A stretch of 63,475 nt of DNA, filler included, from Octopus bimaculoides (taxonomy: Eukaryota), in the NCBI RefSeq assembly GCF_001194135.2. It is 5 parts of 5 records of this genome, joined end to end, with 100 filler letters (N's around TTAATTAATTAA, not from the genome) between each part and the next. Parts side by side here need not be neighbours in the genome. Positions count along the whole stretch, not along the records: positions 50,576 to 56,592 come from NC_068988.1; positions 56,693 to 63,475 come from NC_068984.1; 3 more parts are not named here. The stretch is one strand, 5' to 3'. The translations under genes and the position numbers were made by a program. Positions 51,183 to 63,475 of the stretch are shown here, in pieces. A model generated the notes under the pieces. It did no database searches. It worked only from the letters and a program-made list of their open reading frames with translations, and was not told where the DNA came from. The stretch's first letter is position 1. Each line of letters starts with the position of its first letter.

Positions 51183-51764
51183 AATAAAACTGTGTCAGAG
51201 CTAAAGAAAAATTGTAACGGAAATTACAAGACGAAAGCTGTCGGTATAATTTCTACGTGATGTTCATCTGAGAATATAACCGTGTTATTTGCACCCCCGC
51301 CATCTTCCCATTCACTGAATCCCATGAAAATGCTATGCAAATAATAGTTGATGTCAATGAAACGATTGTGTTACGTTAGCAGACGACAAGATGGAGGGGA
51401 TGCTTGGAGCGAGCTAGGCGGGAGAGTAGGAGGGAAAGGCGGAGATAGGTTTTTTTTATGAGGATAGAGCGACCTGTGTCTGGTTGGAGAGTAACCAGAG
51501 CCACCTCACCTCACAGTGACTTACCTCTTTCCTTTTCCAACATCGCCACCATTAACGCCAGCTTAAATATAATTATAATAAAACATTTCATCTGAACGTT
51601 TCAGCGAAGGTGGACTTTCTACACGGTCACTTACTCGCAAAAAAGAGCAGCCAAATATCCTTCAGGTCAACCCTAACCTTTGAAAACAAGAAGGAAACAT
51701 TGGATAGTGTGGCGTTCGCTTCTCTTTCTCCCTCAGTCTCTCTCTCTCTCTTTCTCTCTCTCTA

Positions 51765-51804
<40 letters not shown>

Positions 51805-51909
51805 CTGTCAATCTTCAATACAGTACCTTTCTCTCTAAAGATGGTCATACGTCTACTTAGTTGGGATTGACTAGATCTGGATTGAAATGAACAAGAATAC
51901 ACAAAAACA

Positions 51910-52260
51910 CTACCGCCACCACCACCACTATCACCACCACCACCACACTACCACCTCAACCAACACAATCACAACGTCATCTCATCGCCACTACTATACT
52001 AAACATCACTACAACCTCAATCATGTCGCACAGCCATCAACGTTGTCACATCTCAACTACCGCCGTAGCCACGCCACAGTGATAGTAACATTTCCACCAC
52101 TCTATTTCCACTACCTACACCACCACTACCGAACATCGCTTACATTACTACCATCACTACTTCCACCACGATCACCACCGCCGCCACCACCACCACAACC
52201 ACCACCACCACCACACCAGCTCCACTATGAACCACCACTACATCTTCCACTTTCACACTA
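51910..52260. repeat. Degenerate (CAC/CAT/TAC)n low-complexity tract
   Basis: Directly visible; explains the His/Pro-rich ORF 51887-52375. Confidence 0.9.
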
Positions 52261-52619
52261 TATGCAATTCCAGTTTAGCATCAATTCCAAAAGACGGTCC
52301 CGGATAGAAAATTCCAGTTTTACTCAAACCACATGTTGCCATTTCCTACATGACTGCCACCAACCTTGCCCGTAGTTTTTCTCTCTCGCTCTCTCGTCAA
52401 TTTTAATACAGTACGTTTCTCTCCATCCATCTATCTGTCTTTCTATCTATCTATCTAGCTAGCTAAGTAGCAAAGTATCCGCATGCGCACACGCTTATGT
52501 ATATAGGTATTGAGTTTTTTTTTTTTTTGCTCTGTTCATAGTACCATCGCGTACGTGATTTCACAAACGTATTATTATTATGTGTTGTTGGTGTATTTCT
52601 GAGTATGTTTGCATGAATA

Positions 52620-52656
<37 letters not shown>

Positions 52657-52744
52657 GTATGTGTGTGAGTACGTGTGTGTGTGTGTGTGTGAGAGTACGC
52701 GTGTGTGTGAGTACGTGTGTGTGTGTGATTGTTTATGCCTGCAC

Positions 52745-52795
<51 letters not shown>

Positions 52796-54214
52796 GGGAT
52801 GGATGGAGGAATGGATGGATGGATAGATAGATATATAGAGAAAGAAATTAGTTAATTGAAACGTGATAGATGAGGCAATGTATCTAATACTAATATTATT
52901 CTAGGCCATGAGTGTCTATATATAATATGTCTCTGCCTATATATAATGTGTGTGTATGTGTGTGTCTATGTCTATGCATGTGTGTGTGTTTTACAGTTTA
53001 CTTCTACATGTACGTCTGTCTGTTTACAAATCCTTATCTCTCCGTACCCATTATTTTATGTCTTCGTTAAAATCATTTCACAATATTTGCATACAAATAC
53101 TATCGGGAAATGCTGGTAACTTTGAAAGCATTTCAACTTCACAATTTCTTATCCCTTTGAAACATCATGCATTCATAAGAAATCCTTTTTATCTTTGAGA
53201 AGGAAAATTTCCGTCGCTGCAGTACTGAAGGCATTCAAATAGTAATTTGGTTTAGATTGTTCAAATGTCAACAAAGCAGACAATTATCCTCCAAGTCAAA
53301 TTCTGTTGTCTTACTAAATGGAAGGATATATATATATATATATATATNNNNNNNNNNNNNNNNNNNNNNNNNNNNNNNNNNNNNNNNNNNNNNNNNNNNN
53401 NNNNNNNNNNNNNNNNNNNNNNNNNNNNNNNNNNNNNNNNNNNNNNNNNNNNNNNNNNNNNNNNNNNNNNNNNNNNNNNNNNNNNNNNNNNNNNNNNNNN
53501 NNNNNNNNNNNNNNNNNNNNNNNNNNNNNNNNNNNNNNNNNNNNNNNNNNNNNNNNNNNNNNNNNNNNNNNNNNNNNNNNNNNNNNNNNNNNNNNNNNNN
53601 NNNNNNNNNNNNNNNNNNNNNNNNNNNNNNNNNNNNNNNNNNNNNNNNNNNNNNNNNNNNNNNNNNNNNNNNNNNNNNNNNNNNNNNNNNNNNNNNNNNN
53701 NNNNNNNNNNNNNNNNNNNNNNNNNNNNNNNNNNNNNNNNNNNNNNNNNNNNNNNNNNNNNNNNNNNNNNNNNNNNNNNNNNNNNNNNNNNNNNNNNNNN
53801 NNNNNNNNNNNNNNNNNNNNNNNNNNNNNNNNNNNNNNNNNNNNNNNNNNNNNNNNNNNNNNNNNNNNNNNNNNNNNNNNNNNNNNNNNNNNNNNNNNNN
53901 NNNNNNNNNNNNNNNNNNNNNNNNNNNNNNNNNNNNNNNNNNNNNNNNNNNNNNNNNNNNNNNNNNNNNNNNNNNNNNNNNNNNNNNNNNNNNNNNNNNN
54001 NNNNNNNNNNNNNNNNNNNNNNNNNNNNNNNNNNNNNNNNNNGCATTTCAACACGAGTAGGATAACAAAAGAGTCAGCGTCTGATCTACGTATCTCAAAT
54101 CCAAGCGAAATCAACTTTTTCTTTCAAAAGATGGTTTGGTGGTTGTAGTGTTGAGAAAAACTGTTTTTTACAAGTCCTTTTTTAGAAAAAAGAATTTGGA
54201 AATGTATTCTTTTC

Positions 54215-54380
54215 TAGTATAGGCACAAGGTCCGAAATTTTGGGAGGAGGGGGCCAGTCGAATATACCGATCCCAGTCCGCAACTGGTACTTAATTTATC
54301 GACCCCGGAAGAATGAAAGGCAAAGTCGACCTCAGCGGAATTTGAACTCAGAACGTAAAGACAGACGAAATACCGCTAAA
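54215..54380 (-). mobile_element. Family B SINE (5'-truncated)
   Basis: Similar to 29625-29837. Confidence 0.85.
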
Positions 54381-55077
54381 GTAAACTTTACAAACACACG
54401 CGCACACACGCATGCACACACACACACACACGTATATATTTTATGTGTGTGTGTGTGTGTTTGCTTGCATTTAACTGGATTGTACCAGTTGCTAACTTTA
54501 TTAAAATTAGATGAGGGAGACAAGACAATGTTTATAAGGTGTAAAGGGATGTAACTGAAATAGATCGAAATTTCATCGACGCAGCGACATTTCTATCTCA
54601 CACCAATCCATATATGCGCGCGCACGGACACACACACACACACACACACACATACACACACACACACACAAATAAGTGGAAAGATAGAGTTGGAGGGATG
54701 GTAATTTAGGGGTGCAGTGACAGTGCCGGTCTGAATTCTTTGTGGCATTTAGTCCCTTCTCTTTATGTTCTGAGTTCAAAGGGTGCCGATGTTGATTTTG
54801 CCCTTCATCTCTCTAGGGTCAATTCAATTGACCTTACTACTCCCCTAGAAATTTGCAGTTTTGTAATAGGAAATCATTACACACATACACACACGCATCC
54901 TTGAGTGTGTGTGTATGTGTGTGTGTGTGCGTGTGTGTGAGAGAGAGAGAGAATGTGTATTGGGGTATATAAATGCTTTTAAATATGTAATATCAAAAAA
55001 AAAAAAACCTACGCTGATAGTTTTTTCTGTATGTGATTATAAGTAATATTTCCACGTGTCTATGTGTATGTGAGTGT

Positions 55078-55108
<31 letters not shown>

Positions 55109-56169
55109 CATGTGTGAGTGTGTGCATGCGTGTGTGTGTGTGTGTTTGCGTACGATCATAATGCTTTGCATTATAACTGCGTATATGTCTCAGTGAACGA
55201 ATGTATGTATATATGTATGTATGCAGATGAGCAGTAGTAACTTTACTCATGAGTGAATGAACACTCTTATTTGCATGCGTGTGCATTTCTATTGATTCGA
55301 TGTGCGCATATGTTTGCCTTCTTGTACGTCATGAATTTAAACCTATGTCATACATACACAGATATGAATATATACATATCCGTCTATGTGCGTTCGAGCG
55401 CACGTGAAAGCAAGTTTATATTTCCAAATGGAATGAAAGAGTACTCGAAGCATGGTATAGTAATTATAAGGAACCTGCTGATTATTCACTCCATTGCTAC
55501 TCAAACTTTCATGAAGCTGTAGTACTCCCACGCTTGCTTGCAGCGGCAATATTCATTGAGTAGATGAAACAGGGAGTTCGCAGCACACGAACCAGGCAGT
55601 TGGAAAGGCAACTTCTGCAGTTATGAGCTGGCTGCTTTCGAGGGGTTTGCCTAGATGTATTTTTTTTATTTGCATTGATGTCTACAGTTCCGTTATTCTA
55701 ATATCATTATTATTACTATTATGGCTGGATTCCAACCCGGGCCGTAGCAACAAAATCCACCCGCCACATTTCACGTTCATCACTACCACGACGTCCTGGA
55801 CTCATTTCAGGACAGTTTCTGTAATCAAGTTGTCCAATATCATGTTATTTCTAATTCTGTGGTTAAAAGTCTCTTGAATGTGGTTGGGAGGAAATTAGTT
55901 TGTTGTCCTTAAGTAACGCCTATGAAGAGACAGCACGCATGGTCATTGACTTAGGACAATCTTGAATGAAAAGATCTAAATTTTAAAACAGTCAAAAATA
56001 TAACACTTACACAAATTCAGAGCGATTATCTAGTCACCTCATCAGAAAACTTCTCTCTTGGGTAGCTAAAATACAGTAGAAAGTTCACAGCCAACAGATT
56101 CGAAAAGCGTCACCGGGTGACTGCCTCTTAAGGATCGGTAACTAAAGTGGGAAATCCTCTTAGCTCCTT

Positions 56170-56455
56170 GTGGATTTTAGGGCCGGTTTCCCGGTTTCCA
56201 TCGCGTTCCACACACAACCCCTAGCTGGACGGGACGCCAGTCCATCCCAGCTTTTTATTCAAGTAACAGGAAGAAAGAATGAGAGAAAGTTTGGGCGAAA
56301 GAGTACAACAGGGATCGCCACCACTTCCTGCCGGAGCCTCGTGGAGCTTTAGGTGTTTTCGCTCAATAAACACATACAACGCCCGGTATGGGAATCGAAA
56401 CTGCGATCCTCCGACCGCGAGTTCGCTGCCCTAACTTGGGCCATTGCGCCTCCAC
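56170..56455 (-). mobile_element. SINE: family C head with family D-type tail
   Basis: Head matches 36400-36573; tail ggtttcccggtttc...ggacgggacgccagtccatc matches 57095-57160. Confidence 0.88.
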
Positions 56456-56636
56456 AGTAACTAAAGTGAGTGTGCTCTTTATCGTCCACTACAGAAGACG
56501 AAACGGCAATATTGACATTAACAGTCTGCTATATATTCGACAAATGTACATGCATCAGGTGATGAAAATCAGCTTACCTACTTTACAAGATGNNNNNNNN
56601 NNNNNNNNNNNNNNNNNNNNNNNNNNNNNNNNNNNN

Positions 56637-56648
56637 TTAATTAATTAA
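56637..56648. other. Assembly gap linker TTAATTAATTAA
   Basis: Same 12-mer inside a 100-bp gap. Confidence 0.95.
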
Positions 56649-56914
56649 NNNNNNNNNNNNNNNNNNNNNNNNNNNNNNNNNNNNNNNNNNNNGGAGTCGA
56701 TGAACTAAACACCAGTTGAAAACTGAGGTCGATATAATCGACTGACCCCTCCCCAAATTTCAGGCCTTGTACCTAATATAGAACGAATATTACGGTAGAA
56801 TATACTTTCCTAATATGCTGTGCAATGGGATCGAAAGGAGAAGCACGTAGTTACGAAACGAATTTCGTATCCCTGCGCGCACGTGTACATGTGAGTGCGT
56901 GTGCATGTTTGTAC

Positions 56915-56980
<66 letters not shown>

Positions 56981-57064
56981 TTATGCATGCATTATATTAT
57001 ATGAATACATATATAGGTGCATATATTCTATCCGTATGTATATTTGTATATAAAATAAAAATAA

Positions 57065-57313
57065 ATGCATCCTTTTAAAGCCTAGACAGGCTCATGAGCC
57101 TGGTTTCCCGGTTTCAGTGGTGCATGTGTTTCCCAGCCGGACGGGACGCCAGTCCATCGCAGCGTTACTCATTTTTGCCAGCTGACTGGACTGGAGCAAC
57201 GTGAAATGAAGTGTTTTGCTCAAGAACACAACGCGTCGCCCGGTCCAGGAATCGAAACCACAATCTTACGATCATGATGCTGACACCCTAACCACTAATC
57301 CACGCGCCCCCAC
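57065..57313 (-). mobile_element. Young family D SINE
   Basis: Minus-strand head gcgcgtggattagtggttagggtgtcagc...ggtttcgattcctggaccgggcg; CpGs intact. Confidence 0.9.
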
Positions 57314-58149
57314 AATATGTCTGTATATATAGACCTGTATATCTATATTTATATTCTTATTTATTCAGTCACGCTGAANNNNNNNNNNNNNNNNNNNNNN
57401 NNNNNNNNNNNNNNNNNNNNNNNNNNNNNNNNNNNNNNNNNNNNNNNNNNNNNNNNNNNNNNNNNNNNNNNNNNNNNNNNNNNNNNNNNNNNNNNNNNNN
57501 NNNNNNNNNNNNNNNNNNNNNNNNNNNNNNNNNNNNNNNNNNNNNNNNNNNNNNNNNNNNNNNNNNNNNNNNNNNNNNNNNNNNNNNNNNNNNNNNNNNN
57601 NNNNNNNNNNNNNNNNNNNNNNNNNNNNNNNNNNNNNNNNNNNNNNNNNNNNNNNNNNNNNNNNNNNNNNNNNNNNNNNNNNNNNNNNNNNNNNNNNNNN
57701 NNNNNNNNNNNNNNNNNNNNNNNNNNNNNNNNNNNNNNNNNNNNNNNNNNNNNNNNNNNNNNNNNNNNNNNNNNNNNNNNNNNNNNNNNNNNNNNNNNNN
57801 NNNNNNNNNNNNNNNNNNNNNNNNNNNNNNNNNNNNNNNNNNNNNNNNNNTATATATATATATATATATATATGTATATGTATATATGTGTGTGTGTGTA
57901 TTAGGTTAAGATTACGTGTCTTTATGTGTGTATGTACGTGCGTGTCATTATATACATCTTTGTACATGTACACATGCCTACGGTTATATTTCTTTGGCAA
58001 ACTAAGATTATAAATACAAGACTTTCCCAGAATGTGTATATTATAACTTATGGCGTTTCTTTTGTTATTGATTTTGTGATGGACAAGGTATAGGAGAGAC
58101 TAAATTATGGGACAGCCTGTGTCAATGCGACTCAGATTATTCATACGAC

Positions 58150-58830
58150 ATGATATCGATGTCAACTACTCTGGAATCGATGCAGGAAATTCGATCCAGA
58201 AAGGAAAATAAGTTTGAAATGGAAATTAATAAATGTACAGAAAAACATCTGTGGTTGTGATTGTTCCACAAGAAGGGAAAGGGAAAGGTTTGAAGCCACA
58301 GAGCTCTTAAAAGCATATGCGCAGTCGTATCCTGTAATGGCTCTCTCAATATGAAATTTCAAATGAGACCAAAGAAGACCGAAGAAGCGATGTGAATGTT
58401 GGAACCAATATAGATTAGAAACAAACTTCAGCACAAACAAAACAAAACTTGATATTACTCTTCTGCGAAAGATTTTAACGTATGGACCAACCTTCATCTT
58501 GATATTGTTCAGTAACTACTGAAGCAAAATTCCTAGCTTTTGAAAATAAAGCTTTGACTAGTGTACGTCCATAAGGAATGCAGTTATGTTAAATTCTCGA
58601 CATGGAAATGGATGGGTCCTGTCCTCAAAAGAGACGGAGCTTTTTATCAAGCAAACGTTTAATGGTGAAATATAAGGAAGTAAGATATGTAGCAGACCAA
58701 GAGAAACATAGCTAAGAAGAGTGATAAAAGAGAGGTCGGGGAATGAAATTAGATGGACATGAATAAATGGCTCAGAACAGAAGTCTGTGGCATGAGTTCA
58801 TAAAAGCCCTATGTATTTGGAGTTTGCAGG

Positions 58831-58832
<2 letters not shown>
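58150..58832 (+). mobile_element. RTE LINE 3' fragment, decayed, ending in (TCTA)n
   Basis: WKWMGPVLKR, RPRET, MAQNRSLWHEFIKALC. Confidence 0.75.
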
Positions 58833-58887
<55 letters not shown>

Positions 58888-58901
58888 CCTATCTACTTCT
58901 G

Positions 58902-58947
<46 letters not shown>

Positions 58948-59020
58948 NNNNNNNNNNTCTATCTATCTATCTATCTATCTCTCTCTCTATCTATCTATCT
59001 ATCTACTTCTGTCTCTCTAC

Positions 59021-59069
<49 letters not shown>

Positions 59070-59587
59070 CGCGCGCGTGTGTATGAATATATATTGATAC
59101 ATACATTCGCACACACATATGTGGCTACATACATGCACATATACACAGATGTATCTCTATTTTCTAATACTCCGGCGTCCATAAGACATACTCAGGAATA
59201 GTTGGAGAGCCAAAAAGTTCGCTTCGGAATCATAAGATCTCGAGTCCGAAGCATTGTATTTTGGGCTAGTGCTTCGAATCAACGGAAGACTTGTATAAGA
59301 GTAACTGAGTTGATAAACCCACTTCAACTGCTATACCTATAATCAATTTAATCAAACTATAACAAAACTATATACAAATAAATATTATTAACTATTTATC
59401 AAAAACAATAGGATCAAACAATCAATTTTATACTCAAATGTAATTTAAATTTATATACCATTAAGATTAATTATTATTTTATGATATTTAGATAATATTT
59501 ATATATTATACAATACACAAAATAAAAAAAGAAATAAACCCAGAAACTTCTTGTAATTCATGTTGTTTCTACAAGGAGCTTGTACTA

Positions 59588-59666
<79 letters not shown>

Positions 59667-59726
59667 ACACGCACATACATATATATTATATATATATTCA
59701 CATATATAAATTTGTATACACATGTG

Positions 59727-59774
<48 letters not shown>

Positions 59775-61829
59775 TGTGGGTGTAAAATAATAAAGATAGC
59801 TAGACGCAACATAAAGCCAAAAGGGGAAAATTCAATTGTCACTAATAGTGAGAGTGCATTGTAGCATCTATTTTGCTAGAAATAAGAGTCAAAGACTCCT
59901 ATAGCCACAAACATGGCATAACTCTTTGTACTGATAGGGGAGTTAATCTCCCTACAGCAAGTGAGGTTAATATATTGGCAAGTCAATTTCGCTTGAAATT
60001 AAAGCTCATCAATAGTACTACTCCATCGCTGATAATTAAGTCAAATCCAACCTGACAGTATATAGATTTTACCATAAGAATCAATGGCTGATTCAACAAG
60101 ATGGCAATGTAAAAATTATAAAATAATAAAGGTGGCTAGACGCAGGAATAATTACAAGGTAGCTAAATGTTGCTGAAGTGTCCCTGGATTTATATATATA
60201 TATATATATATATNNNNNNNNNNNNNNNNNNNNNNNNNNNNNNNNNNNNNNNNNNNNNNNNNNNNNNNNNNNNNNNNNNNNNNNNNNNNNNNNNNNNNNN
60301 NNNNNNNNNNNNNNNNNNNNNNNNNNNNNNNNNNNNNNNNNNNNNNNNNNNNNNNNNNNNNNNNNNNNNNNNNNNNNNNNNNNNNNNNNNNNNNNNNNNN
60401 NNNNNNNNNNNNNNNNNNNNNNNNNNNNNNNNNNNNNNNNNNNNNNNNNNNNNNNNNNNNNNNNNNNNNNNNNNNNNNNNNNNNNNNNNNNNNNNNNNNN
60501 NNNNNNNNNNNNNNNNNNNNNNNNNNNNNNNNNNNNNNNNNNNNNNNNNNNNNNNNNNNNNNNNNNNNNNNNNNNNNNNNNNNNNNNNNNNNNNNNNNNN
60601 NNNNNNNNNNNNNNNNNNNNNNNNNNNNNNNNNNNNNNNNNNNNNNNNNNNNNNNNNNNNNNNNNNNNNNNNNNNNNNNNNNNNNNNNNNNNNNNNNNNN
60701 NNNNNNNNNNNNNNNNNNNNNNNNNNNNNNNNNNNNNNNNNNNNNNNNNNNNNNNNNNNNNNNNNNNNNNNNNNNNNNNNNNNNNNNNNNNNNNNNNNNN
60801 NNNNNNNNNNNNNNNNNNNNNNNNNNNNNNNNNNNNNNNNNNNNNNNNNNNNNNNNNNNNNNNNNNNNNNNNTATATATATATATATATATGTTCTACAA
60901 TCAGCGCTACATGGCCAATAACACTGACTTTTCTGTTCACCGAACGGGTCTGTTAATATTAGCCAGCCAGTTAGTTATCTGACTGTATGCCAAAATACGT
61001 TATGTTGAGCCAAAATTATCTCGCTACAGGCTATCGGTTCAAATAAGCGGTGTGTGTAACTTACATAATAAAGAATAATTTATACTCCCCCTTCCGGTAT
61101 TGACTACACTGTTTTCCGTTTGTCGCCAGTAACGTGTGTGTGTACGTGCGTGTGCGCACGTATTTGTGTGTGCGTATGTGTGTGTGTCTGTGCGGGTGTA
61201 TGCGTGTATGCGTTTCTGTGACGGGGCGTAGCCAAAGTTTTAGAGTGCTGAGCTAGCGATCTTAAGGTCGATTCTTGGCTTTCACGGCATTGAATCCTTG
61301 AGCAAGACATTTCATTTCCTGATGATTCAGTTCACTCAGCCGGAATTAACAATCACGGCAGCCGGGTTGGTAAACTTTGTTACTTATTGATATGCCACTC
61401 TGCAGGGTATTTTATACTGTTGTCACTGAAACTCAGCGGAAACATATATACATATATACTTACACACACACATACATACATACATACATACATACATACA
61501 TCATACAACATACATACATACATACATACATACATACATACATGCATGCATACACACACACACATATATATATATATACACAGATACATGCACACATGCA
61601 CACATGCACACATGCATACATACGCATGCATACATATACGCACACGTTTATGTACGTAAAAGTTAAACGTATGAACATGTGTGCTTAGTAAACACTGAAT
61701 ATATCCTATGTATGAAATGTAAAGATTTTCAAGGTACCAGTTCCTGGCCTTAAGAGACACATGCGTTTCAATAGAACAGGATTGCCACTTTATTTAACTG
61801 AGTCCTCTTTTATTTATATATATATATAA

Positions 61830-62994
61830 TGCGTAAGGTATTTGAGAACATATCTTTTTTGCTAACTCTGTATAATCATTGTTGCAGAAAATAATAATGG
61901 CAGACCCTCAGCTTACTCAAGAAGTGAAGAGGCATGCTGTTATTGTGGTTATAAAGGCTGAGCATAGCGATTTAAAAATATCTCAGTTTTTAAAAGTTGC
62001 CAGATCTTTCGTCCAGAAAGTTTGTAAGGAGCTTGAGACGGAAGATGGAAACGTATCACCAGTATCAAAGCATAAAAAGCATTCTAAACGCTCTGAAATC
62101 AACACAACACCTTAATTTATCCAGTAAGTTCAACAGACCATTGATTACAATCCCATTACAATTGCAAAAGACATCAGATATAAGTCTTATTTGATGTCAG
62201 AAAAAGCAAAAGAAAATCACTACATCAGATCCCAAAAGCTTTTGAACAAACTGAAAAATCAAGCAGATTTGATTTGGTTTTTTCTCAAACGAGAAAAATT
62301 TAGACCATGTTCAAAAAGTTAACAGAAGAAATGACTGATGGTTATGTGCTGACACTTCTGAAGTTACAAGTGTTATGCATACAAAATTTCCTGCAACTGA
62401 CATAAATTTAGGGGTTGTCAGCAATGGAGGTCATGTTATGCCTCCTTATTTCTTTCCACAAGGCCTCAGAGTTAACGCTACCGCCTACATTGAGGTCCTG
62501 GAAATAATTGTTAAGCCCTGGATAGACAGTGTATGCAATGGCTGACCATATGTGTTTCAGTAAGACTCTGCACTATCACACGTGGTTCTAGTAACACAGG
62601 AATGGATGGCTGAAAATGTTCATGATCACATAACCCTTGACATTTGCTCTCCTAATTCCCCAAATCTCAATTGATTGGACTATTACGTGTAGAGCGTTGT
62701 TGAGAGAGAGGCCAATGAACACGCCCATAACACCAAATATTCTTTGAAAGCTGCCATAGCTAGAGTAATGACCAAAATGAACCAGGACCACTTGATTCAA
62801 GCATGTAGATGATTTAGATCTTTTATAGAAGGAGTTGTTGAAGCTGAAGGTGGCTTTATTGAATAACACTATAGATAAGGTTTATTTTTATCCTCATAGC
62901 ATATTTTGATAAATAAATTTATTATCTGTTATTATATATCAGTATTTTTATAAACATAAATCTGTCCTCAAATATCCTACGCACCCACACCCTG
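61830..62994 (+). mobile_element. maT/DD37D-like Tc1/mariner transposon, near full length but pseudogenised
   Basis: N-terminal HTH-like MADPQLTQEVKRHAVIV; FFSNEKN, GHVMPPYFFPQGLRVNA, YVFQ*DSA, SPNSPNLN*LDYYV, EAEGGFIE*. Right end ...cctacgcacccacaccctg|ta; left TIR partial (tgcgtaaggtatttgag). Confidence 0.88.
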
Positions 62995-63023
62995 TATGTA
63001 TATACATACATACATACATACAT

Positions 63024-63111
<88 letters not shown>

Positions 63112-63159
63112 GTACAGCGTAATCCGTAGGCAGGAGAGGTGCAGCCGGAGAATGCAAAG

Positions 63160-63273
63160 TTCAGAATAGGCTCGAAACGTTAAAGACTTTCTCTATTCCC
63201 GAGCGTTATACTAATACATCCATTTGTTCTTTAAACTACTTGTCTTCGCCTGTTGTTTTTTCGTGAATTCTCC

Positions 63274-63275
<2 letters not shown>
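63160..63275 (+). mobile_element. Truncated copy of Penelope-like terminal repeat family
   Basis: ataggctcGAAACGTTaaagactttctctattcccgagcg, homologous to 44590-44700 (minus). Confidence 0.65.
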
Positions 63276-63309
<34 letters not shown>

Positions 63310-63475
63310 AAAAGTAAATGAGTATATGCATATATACGTACAGGTATGTGCATACCGACATCCACCTGTATGTATAGGTGCATATCTGGGTACAGGACAT
63401 TGCAAACAAACGTAGACGAGAACACACGAACCACATAGAGAACATTCTACTTCATCAGCTACCCACGTTTTAACA

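Noticed and set aside
51069-52375. Poly-Arg ORF (51069) and His/Pro-rich ORF (51887)
   Set aside because: Derived from trinucleotide repeats; no splice or homology support.
55400-55660. Moderately complex open frames on both strands
   Set aside because: Short and stop-bounded, with no recognisable motif or convincing splice pair.
13998-56648. TTAATTAATTAA repeated four times as a biological motif or CRISPR-like repeat
   Set aside because: Always centred in ~100-bp N gaps and gives stops in six frames: an assembly linker.
4800-57313. tRNA-like A/B boxes as tRNA genes
   Set aside because: They are multi-copy SINE heads followed by SINE bodies and do not form complete cloverleaves.
421-63445. 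Most ORF-track entries rich in Y/I/H/T/C/V/M, and ORFs spanning X runs
   Set aside because: These are translations of TA/CA/TACA microsatellites or N gaps, with no coding signal.
63435-63475. Minus-strand CTGATGAAG suggesting another hammerhead
   Set aside because: No downstream GAAA or stem III and no convincing stems; the element is cut by the window edge.
1-63475. CRISPR arrays, rRNA genes, prokaryotic operons or defence systems
   Set aside because: None seen; the sequence is eukaryotic, intron- and repeat-rich.

Overview
AT-rich, microsatellite-dense animal DNA. The repeat landscape resembles an octopod cephalopod (inference). There are many N gaps, including four ~100-bp gaps carrying a TTAATTAATTAA linker. 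One protein-coding gene is well supported: four in-frame spliced + strand exons (18582-18672, 20860-20935, 23832-23957, 25112-25279) encoding the C-terminal part of a fold-type II PLP L-threonine ammonia-lyase/serine racemase-like enzyme with the start of an ACT domain. Its 5' and last exons were not found in readable sequence. The rest is mainly decayed transposons (RTE LINEs, RLE-type non-LTR tails next to microsatellites, Tc1/mariner, maT-like, hAT, several tRNA-derived SINE families) and simple repeats. Nearly all ORF-track entries are microsatellite or N artefacts. Most notable: (i) Penelope-type minimal hammerhead ribozyme motifs in two repeat families, one with a non-canonical core; (ii) a CpG-decayed block (32011-50475) bounded by two assembly linkers, with an orphan candidate exon; (iii) RLE retroelement tails tied to (CATA)n or (TAA)n; (iv) a ~170-bp-arm foldback element. 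Repeat boundaries are approximate and read by eye; no database searches were run.
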